From positions 1 through 7,150 of the forward strand of contig NW_021829154.1 of NCBI RefSeq assembly GCF_006345805.1: a stretch of DNA of 7,150 nt. The letters are read 5' to 3'. The number at the start of each line of letters is the position of its first letter. The first letter of the stretch is position 1. The translations under genes were made by a program, and so were the position numbers. Below, one piece after another: positions 1 through 6,566 of the stretch. Origin of the DNA: Octopus sinensis. Lineage: Eukaryota. The notes beneath the pieces were generated by a model. It was given only the letters and a program-made list of their open reading frames with translations. It was not told the DNA's origin and ran no database searches.

Positions 1-31
1 ATTTGTTCTACTGAAACTCCATAGTCATTCT
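1..31 (-). CDS. Candidate exon (its 5' part; runs off the window edge) of an unidentified minus-strand gene
   Basis: Minus strand reads ttttttcatttttttacacag|AGAATGACTATGGAGTTTCAGTAGAACAAAT, a strong polypyrimidine tract plus AG (33-32). Only phase 1 is stop-free: (E)NDYGVSVEQ. This phase matches the 3' end of the 3900-3953 exon. No donor is visible. Confidence 0.4.
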
Positions 32-1002
32 CTGTGTAAAAAAATGAAAAAATCCTGTATAAAACGATTAGGAATTGTATAAAATGATTACAATATTTTC
101 TATATTGTAGTACTATAACCAATTTATTGTAGATAAATTTGACAATAACATCTTATATGGACACCCTCCAAACACCGTTTTGACTCCGACTAAGAACCAC
201 TGATCTTGTTGATTTGATATTAATTTATTCAATTGTCCTTTTGAAACACAGCTGAATGCGATATAGGGTAGACTTAGTTACTATTCGTAGTCGGAGAAGG
301 ACCTCGAAGCATCTCGCATACTGCAACATCTGTTGGTGTCTCTTTGCGTGTCAGATTTTTGAGTCGGTGTTCATATTAATTTTTATTCTTCCAATAACAA
401 TATTTGTTTAGAAAGAAAACCTAAAAAAAATCTATATTTATCGGCGTAACAATAATTTATGTTTTACACGATAAGAGAATCAACAAAATATAAAACTAAA
501 CGAGAGAAAAAATAATGAATAATACAACAATGGTTTGTCGTATTTTAACTTTAATACTATTATTATATGCTGAATGACGCCCACGTCTACTTTCGAATGA
601 ATGATAAGAAACATGAAAAATCTCGTGGGAATCTCGTGAAGTAAAGACAACGATTGGAAGGAAATTGGATGAAGACATGTTTGTATGCTTTAGAAATTTG
701 TTTGGCTGTCACGTATTTCCGGTTTTCACGCCTCTGTCTCATATCTTTTATCAACTGCGTCACAATAGAAGGTCATGGGTTAGGAGGAAACTCAGAGAAT
801 CAGAAACGCTTTGCGTTGCGTGGGTTATATAAGTTCTTAAATTTTAATTTCCTCCGTCAATCCATAAAAAAACCTTTGTTTTGGGCTTTAGCTTTGTCAA
901 ACTTTTTTGGTTTCATAATGGATATAATGTCATGATGCATTAAATCAAGCTACGAGATGATTTCTTGCGCCAACAGGTCCGTTCCTTCAAACTGCAAAAC
1001 AT

Positions 1003-1369
1003 CATGACGATTAATTTTCCTCACCCTCTTGAGCCACAAGATATAAGCCAATGCTAAAAAATACAAAATAAGGTAATCCATATAAGGTAAATTGTGGAGC
1101 CAGTGGTTAGGGCAGCAGACTCACGGTCGTAGAAGCGCGGTTTCGATTCCCAGATCGGGCGTTTTGAGTGTTTATTGAGCGAGAACATGACGATTAATTT
1201 TCCTCACCCGTTTGAGCCACAACACATAAGCTCATGCTAAAAAAATACAAAATAAGGTAAGCTATATAAAGTAAATTGTGGAGCCAGTGGTTAGGGCAGC
1301 GGACTCACTGTCGTAGAATCGCGGTTTCGATTCCCAGACCGAGCGTTGTGAGTGTTTATAGAGCCAGAA
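1003..1369. repeat. Tandem duplication, two units of 183/184 bp (1003-1185 and 1186-1369)
   Basis: Both units begin catgacgattaattttcctcaccc. Manual alignment gives 17 substitutions and 1 indel (~90% identity). Each unit is ~90 bp of unique DNA plus a SINE-C head. Confidence 0.95.
1096..1187 (+). mobile_element. tRNA-derived SINE family C, head fragment (copy 1)
   Basis: A-box remnant agccagtgg, B-box-like ggtttcgattccc, tRNA-like layout gtggttagggcagcagactcacggtcg. Resembles an octopus tRNA-derived SINE as I recall it. Confidence 0.75.
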
Positions 1370-1381
1370 CACCTAAAGCTC
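1280..1381 (+). mobile_element. tRNA-derived SINE family C, head fragment (copy 2)
   Basis: Duplicate of copy 1, extending slightly further (aacacctaaagctc) before switching to SINE-B sequence. Confidence 0.75.
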
Positions 1382-1432
1382 AGAACGTAAAGACAGACGA
1401 AATGGCGCTAAGCATTTCGTCCGTCGTACTAA
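1379..1432 (-). mobile_element. SINE family B, head fragment
   Basis: ctcagaacgtaaagacagacgaaatggcgctaagcatttcgtcc matches the copy at 1561-1637 (shared ctcagaacgt...gaaat..cgctaagcatttcgtc). Confidence 0.7.
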
Positions 1433-1552
1433 ATATAGGTTACGTATTAGATATATTGTACATGTGATAGATGCATGGAAGTAATTTGAATCCAGATACG
1501 GATTTTGCTGTAAAGACGCATTGGATAGTTTGGTGATTCTGATTTGCCTGAG

Positions 1553-1637
1553 AATGTGGACTCAGAACGTGAGGAAAGTTGAAATACCGCTAAGCATTTC
1601 GTCTAGCGTGCTCACGATTCGGGCAGCTCGTCGCCTT
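1553..1637 (-). mobile_element. SINE family B, head
   Basis: Reverse complement aaggcgacgagctgcccgaatcgtgagcacgctagacgaaatgcttagcggtatttc...acgttctgag is a tRNA-like head I recognise from octopus. It directly abuts an (AAT)n run. Confidence 0.75.
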
Positions 1638-1642
1638 GATTA

Positions 1643-1643
<1 letters not shown>

Positions 1644-1700
<57 letters not shown>

Positions 1701-1736
1701 TGATGATGATGATGATAATAATAATAATAATAACAA

Positions 1737-1768
<32 letters not shown>

Positions 1769-1871
1769 ACTACTACTACTACAACTACTACTACTAATAA
1801 TAATAATGATAATTCTTTTCCTTCTTCTTCTTCTTCTTTTTCTAATTCTTCTTCTTATTATTATTATTATT
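1644..1871. repeat. Compound trinucleotide microsatellite (AAT)n-(GAT)n-(AAT)n-(ACT)n-(AAT)n-(TCT)n-(TAT)n
   Basis: Read directly from the sequence. It produces the homopolymer N-terminus of ORF 1697-2179. Confidence 0.98.
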
Positions 1872-2410
1872 GTAAACACAACACGAGGAACTACAACAAC
1901 AAGAACACCTATAATAACGATGAGAAGGAGAGTAATTATAAAATACTACGAATAATAACGACAAGGTTAATGGGAAAAATTCCATCAAAAACGACATTTC
2001 AAGCAAAAGCAGGAGAGAGAGAGCTGTCAGAAATTAGTACATCCCTGGTTTTCATCAGAAAAAAAAACGAATCTTTCAAACGGAGAGTTGATACCAGCGT
2101 GGCGAACTTTGAAATCGCTAAGATAAGTGAAATCTTATCCCACATTTCGATAGCTAGGCTTTCAATATCTTCATCTTAGGAGGCTGTCATTTTGTAAGAT
2201 TGACTTGATAAATCACACAAATATTCTGCCAAGCCCTATTTAGCTACTTAGTGTCAAGTGAAACGAGAAAGTAATAAATAAATGCGGAGTGTCGCTCGGA
2301 GAGGATATAAAGGATGGAAAAATGGAAGATTGTAGAGAAGTGAATATAGGTTAGTCTCCTATACAAATATACAAACGTAGATCTACGTTTAGAAGTACGT
2401 ACAAGAATAT

Positions 2411-2581
2411 GCACACACACACATACACATACACATATACACAAACACAGACACACATATGTGAATATATATATATATGTGTGTGTGTATAAAATTATAT
2501 ATATATAAATACATATATATTTAAATACATATATATTTATATACGTACATGTATATATATATATGTATATATGTATATATA
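2411..2581. repeat. Compound (CA)n/(TA)n microsatellite
   Basis: Read directly from the sequence. Confidence 0.95.
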
Positions 2582-2790
2582 TTCTTTGGCTTATTTCAGT
2601 AATTTGACTGCGGCTATGCTGGAGCAACGTCTTTAGGCGAGCAAATCTACCCCAGGACTTATTCTTTCTAAGCATGGTACTGATTCCACCAGTCTCTTTT
2701 ACCGAACCGCTAAGTTACGGGAACGTAAACACACCAGCGTCGGTGGTCAAGTGATGTTAGAGGGACAAACACAGACACACAAACATATAC
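2582..2790 (-). mobile_element. SINE family A, 3' half only
   Basis: Reverse complement matches 4380-4502 (gacaaacacagacacac, ccgaaccgctaag, gtaaacacaccagc) and 3301-3500 (tttcag...actgcggctatgctgga...tttag..gagcaaat). Confidence 0.85.
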
Positions 2791-2795
2791 ATACT

Positions 2796-2838
<43 letters not shown>

Positions 2839-2897
2839 CATATATATACATATATATGGAGATATATATATATATGATACATACACGCATACATGTG

Positions 2898-2930
<33 letters not shown>

Positions 2931-2980
2931 ATGTGTGTGTGTGTGATTGAGTGTATATGTGTGAATGTGTATGAGCGAGT
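2791..2980. repeat. (TA)n/(TG)n compound microsatellite
   Basis: Read directly from the sequence; it continues the internal microsatellite of the adjacent SINE-A. Confidence 0.95.
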
Positions 2981-2987
2981 AAATTTT

Positions 2988-3160
2988 GGGGACTCTGGTA
3001 CAATCGTCACAGCAGCCTGTTACATCTGTTCACGTTATAAGTTTTCCTGAAGTCCTTTCGGGGTTAATAAATTAGGTATCAGGGAACTATTACGTTTGAG
3101 AATTGTCCTACACTCGACACAAGAAATGTCTGAACTTTTGTTTAGATTTGAAGCAATTAT
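2988..3160 (+). mobile_element. Degenerate SINE family B copy with Nin/Deu-like core motif
   Basis: Start ggggactctggtacaatcgtcacagcagcc weakly parallels the B head (ggcgacgagctgcccgaatcgtgagcacgc). tcctttcggggttaataaattaggtatcag (3053-3082) resembles the Nin/Deu-type SINE core (ccttccgaggtcggtaaaatgagtacc) as I recall it. Confidence 0.5.
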
Positions 3161-3295
3161 ATATACATACACACACACACGCGCACACACATATATAAAT
3201 AAAGGTATAAGCTTGTGTGCGTATGTGTACGAGTTTATATATGTATATATGTATGTATCCATCTATCACTCTATCTGTCTATATCTATATATTAT
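3161..3295. repeat. Low-complexity TA/CA/TG/TCTA microsatellite tract
   Basis: Read directly from the sequence. Confidence 0.85.
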
Positions 3296-3300
3296 TTTAT

Positions 3301-3664
3301 TCTTTTATTTGTTTCAGGCGTCGTAACTGCAGCCATGTTGGACCACCACATTTAGTCGAGCAAATTGCTCCCAGAAGTTAATCTTTGTATGCTTAGTACG
3401 TATTATATCCGTCTCCTTTGCTGAACCGAAAAGTTACAGGGACGTGAACACACCAGCATCGGCGCTGGTGTTGTTATCAAGCGATTGTGAGAGACAAAGA
3501 CAGATACACAAACATATACACACACATATATATATATATATATATATTATATACATATACGACGTGCTTCTTTCTACCAGATCCACTCACAAGGCTTTGG
3601 TCGGCCCGAGGCTCAAATACAAGACACCTGTCCAATCTGCCACACAGTGGGACCGAACCCAGAA
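3301..3664 (-). mobile_element. SINE family A, near full length (lacks the first ~50 nt of the head), with internal (CA)/(TA) microsatellite
   Basis: Reverse complement of 3556-3664 aligns to 4237-4355 (ttctgggttcggtcccactgtgtggca...gggccgaccaaagccttgtgagtggat). The tail aligns to 2582-2790. Confidence 0.9.
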
Positions 3665-3842
3665 TGCACAAACGCACACACATACATATATGCCTATGTC
3701 CCTCTGTATCTGAAGCCTACTTTCATATTTGTATATGTGTGTGTATCTATATGTGTGTGCGTTCGTGTGCCTGTAAGTATATATGTGTATGGGGAACTTG
3801 TGTGAATGTGTGTACGAATGATTGTATGCAGGTACATACATG
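3665..3842. repeat. Low-complexity CA/TG/TA tract
   Basis: Read directly from the sequence. Confidence 0.85.
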
Positions 3843-3899
3843 ATATCTCGACTAATGTAAGATTAGATTAAATAATTAATCCTTTCAACTGTATCTTAC

Positions 3900-3953
3900 C
3901 GTCTTTTTCTGTTTTGATTGATTCATTTTCTCCCTGTATTTTCACTCTATTAT
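3900..3953 (-). CDS. Candidate 54-nt internal coding exon (phase 1/1), product unidentified
   Basis: Minus strand: tgtgtgttttctcttttttcttcattgcttttgtag|ATAATAGAGTGAAAATACAGGGAGAAAATGAATCAATCAAAACAGAAAAAGACG|gtaaga. Long pyrimidine tract, canonical AG and GTAAG, length divisible by 3, purine-rich. Only phase 1 is open: (D)NRVKIQGENESIKTEKD. Confidence 0.6.
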
Positions 3954-4188
3954 CTACAAAAGCAATGAAGAAAAAAGAGAAAACACACATTTATGAACGA
4001 ATCAGAAAGTAAATCCCTTTAGTTCTATACTACTGTGCAAATATTTAGTGTCATATAAAATCATTTTCTTACCTATATAAACATTTGCATATTTTAGAAC
4101 ATACATTGAATATTTGATGCAGTAAAACGCATCCTGAATACTTACTAAACCTCGCTGTATCTCATATATATACGATGTATATATACAA

Positions 4189-4502
4189 GGCGCAGGAGTG
4201 GCTGTGTGGTAAGTAGCTTGCTAACCAACCACATGGTTCCGGGTTCAGTCCCACTGCGTGGCATCTTGGGCAAGTGTCTTCTACTATAGCCCCGGACCGA
4301 CCAATGCCCTGTGAGTAGATTTGGTAGACGGAAACTGAAAGAAGCCTGTCGTATATATGTATATATATGTATATGTATGTGTGTATTTGTGTGTCTGTGT
4401 TTGTCCCCCTAGCATTGCTTGACAACCGATGCTGGTGTGTTTACGTTCCCGTCATCTAGCGGTTCGGCAGAAGGGACCGATAGAATAAGTACTGGGCTTA
4501 CA
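4189..4502 (+). mobile_element. tRNA-derived SINE family A, best-preserved copy, 3'-truncated
   Basis: A-box-like tggctgtgtgg (4199-4209), B-box-like ggttcagtccc (4242-4252), gcgcag/ctgcgt acceptor-stem-like pairing, CORE-like ttgggcaagt, internal (TA)/(TG) microsatellite ~4351-4400. Four other copies lie in the window. Confidence 0.92.
4199..4252 (+). promoter_or_regulatory. Internal RNA polymerase III type-2 promoter (A and B boxes) of SINE-A
   Basis: tggctgtgtgg and ggttcagtccc with tRNA-like spacing. Activity is unknown. Confidence 0.55.
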
Positions 4503-4782
4503 CACATACATACAAACACACACACTGTAAAGAAAACACATACTCACTACATATACATACATGCACACACATACTTCAACTACCATTACCTTGTACTGAC
4601 CATTCTCTTGCGCACATGTGTAGGTAGACACACAACAGGCAGCCACTCCTACCAAAATTCTTACTATAAATTCTTTCTAAGACCTTAAACGATACTAGCC
4701 CAACCACACACATAGATAAACAGCCACAACCACACACACATACACACACAAGTGCTATCATTACACACACGCGCACACACAT

Positions 4783-4987
4783 AATCGGTGGACCTGCGCA
4801 GTTGTCGAGTGGTACCCGCGCGAGAGGAAACGACCACCTGGAGGGCCTCCAGGACGGTGGAGTCACGATTTCAGGAGGACGATTCGGATCACGTGGAAGA
4901 GAAAGGCGCGATCCAGAGACTAGTGGACAGTGTGCTGTGACCAGCGGTGTCAAATGGACGCCTGACGAACTGGTCGGTCAAGGTGAT
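4783..4987 (+). mobile_element. 3' end of an RTE-clade non-LTR retrotransposon (5'-truncated copy)
   Basis: Frame from 4783 reads NRWTCAVVEWYPRERKRPPGGPPGRWSHDFRRTIRITWKRKARSRD*WTVCCDQRCQMDA*. This matches the RTE ORF C-terminal pattern (D)NRWT..V.EW.PR..KR..GRP..RW.D...W...A..R..W. One premature TAG (4921), natural stop TGA (4963-4965), ~20 nt 3' UTR, then (TA)n. This frame is not in the ORF track. Confidence 0.85.
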
Positions 4988-5049
4988 ATATATATATCAT
5001 ATGGCTTCGCCATTGCGATACGATACGAATGATGTTGAGTATAAATATG

Positions 5050-5184
5050 TGTGTGTGTTGGTATGTACGCCCGCGTTATCTAGCGGTTCGGCAAAAGAAA
5101 CCGAGAGAATGTACACTAGACTTACAAAGAACAAGTTTTGGGGTCAATTTGCTCGACTAAAGGCGCTGCAAGAAATAAAAGAAT
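5050..5184 (+). mobile_element. SINE family A, 3' fragment with internal deletion
   Basis: atctagcggttcggca...cttacaaagaacaag...ggggtcaatttgctcgactaaaggcg matches 4455-4502 and the reverse complement of 2620-2720. Confidence 0.8.
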
Positions 5185-5351
5185 ATACGACGAGCTTCTT
5201 TCTATTTCCGTCTAGGAAATCCACTCACACAGCACTGTTTGCACCGAGGCTGTAGTTGAAGGCACCTTCCCATGGTGTCACACAGTGGGACTGAACCTGG
5301 AACAATGTGCTTGGAAAGCAAGCGTCTTACCACACAGCCACGCCGGCGCCT
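5183..5351 (-). mobile_element. SINE family A, head only
   Basis: Reverse complement aligns without gaps to 4188-4356 with 33 mismatches in 169 nt (~80%, manual count). Confidence 0.92.
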
Positions 5352-5426
5352 GATGCTTAATTTACTTTAATTTAATTAATTTGGTGATATGTTTAAAATT
5401 TTGTTAGAAACCAATTAGATGATTAG

Positions 5427-5465
5427 TATGTGTATATGTGTATGTGAATGTTTGTGCATACATGC

Positions 5466-5499
<34 letters not shown>

Positions 5500-5514
5500 T
5501 TATATATATATATA
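5427..5514. repeat. (TG)/(TA)n microsatellite
   Basis: Read directly from the sequence. Confidence 0.95.
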
Positions 5515-5516
5515 GA

Positions 5517-5543
5517 GATAGATAGATAGAAAGATAGATAGAC

Positions 5544-5632
<89 letters not shown>
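5517..5632 (+). repeat. (GATA)29 tetranucleotide repeat with two variant units (GAAA, GACA)
   Basis: Read directly from the sequence, 116 bp. Confidence 0.98.
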
Positions 5633-5633
<1 letters not shown>

Positions 5634-5826
5634 GTGAAGATATATATTGAGAACGAAATAACGATCTAAAGGATTACCCTAAAGATGAATTTTAAGAACC
5701 TTATATTTCAGTGAAAAACCTAAATATGTATAATTTATGCAGCTTCTTCCTTTCTCTCGATTTTAAATTTCAAGCTTCTAATCGAACCAAATACTACGAA
5801 GAAATGCTTATCTCTTGTGTATTAAC

Positions 5827-5845
5827 TGGCCACCAGGGAGCAGCA
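5827..5845 (+). promoter_or_regulatory. Candidate CTCF-binding motif
   Basis: TGGCCACCAGGGAGCAGCA versus the CTCF consensus TGGCCACCAGGGGGCGCTA: the first 12 nt are identical and there is one mismatch to CCASYAGRKGGCRS. It is an isolated GC-rich island in AT-rich unique DNA. Confidence 0.35.
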
Positions 5846-6535
5846 CATGCAATTTCTGTATATCCTACTCAAAATTTGTTTTCCGTTTACAGGTAAAGCC
5901 ATTTTTGATTTCAATTTTCAAATATTATATAGTGACTAACGCATCGATATTTATGTGTATAAATATCGATATGTATAATATATATATACACACATAATCC
6001 TAATTCATGTTACACACTTTCATTTGTACAAATCCCTGATTACATATACAGGTAAAGAAACTAAAATTACACGTATTGTTTGCTCATGGCGAAACAAATA
6101 AATAGTTACGGCATGCGATTGACAAATAGACATTTTTTACCATGCTATACAAGATAATTCGATAAATTCGGGAAATTTTCCTTTCTCCCCTGGTTTATAT
6201 ACGTCCAGGTTCACCTGCACTAAAAGAATAATATTATTACATATGTAATATTACCTTTGTAAATCTAATGATTTTTTCAGTTATTAATGTATTCATATGT
6301 ACAGTATATCCGTTTAATTAACCTCGTAATTACATTCCTAATGCTTATGCCAATAACAAAATAACAAAGTCAATTTACATTCATATAATTCTATTTCTTC
6401 CCTCGTATTTTATAATTCATATAAATAATTCCATTTTAAATCATTTTCGTATAATACTCATTATTCTAGCTTAATTAAACGCAACAATACCTTCGTAAAT
6501 TCTAATTTTATAAGCAATAACCAAGTTTAAATAAA

Positions 6536-6566
<31 letters not shown>

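Noticed and set aside
619-638. aatctcgtg direct repeat containing a CSL/Su(H)-type CGTGGGAA
   Set aside because: A single 8-mer with no paired inverted site; chance level.
654-935. 93-aa ORF with a superficial GPCR TM3-like segment (CLISFINCVTIEGH versus ...IERY)
   Set aside because: No ERY/DRY motif, Cys spacing does not fit convincingly, and no flanking helices. Its hydrophobicity is explained by being antisense to a Lys-rich frame.
1455-1548. Minus-strand frame with SPNYP (CUB-domain-like)
   Set aside because: It lacks the CUB cysteine and a credible donor; a five-residue match is expected by chance.
1379-1561. 182-bp spacing of the two SINE-B heads, echoing the 183-bp duplication period
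   Set aside because: The intervening sequences are unrelated and the truncation points differ, so it is treated as coincidence.
2040-2075. CTGATGA on the minus strand (hammerhead ribozyme core)
   Set aside because: No stem II followed by GAAA and no stem I/III pairing. The CTGACGA at 4962-4968 fails in the same way.
1697-2179. 160-aa ORF, the longest in the track
   Set aside because: The first third is translated trinucleotide repeat; the rest has no recognisable motif.
2244-3843. Cluster of Y/I/H/T/C/V-rich ORFs on both strands
   Set aside because: These are translations of (TA)n/(CA)n tracts and SINEs, which lack stops in some frames.
4189-4262. Possible tRNA gene
   Set aside because: No proper anticodon stem, and it continues into SINE body sequence shared with other copies, so it is a SINE head. 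The same applies to 1096-1160 and 1280-1345.
4955-4987. Shared 3' tail between the RTE LINE and any local SINE (LINE-SINE partnership)
   Set aside because: The SINE-A tail (...gcagtcaaattactgaaataag, reverse complement of ~2590-2612) shows no similarity to the RTE 3' end (gacgaactggtcggtcaaggtgat).
4802-5032. 76-aa ORF from the track
   Set aside because: It is an alternative frame of the RTE fragment; the homologous frame starts at 4783.
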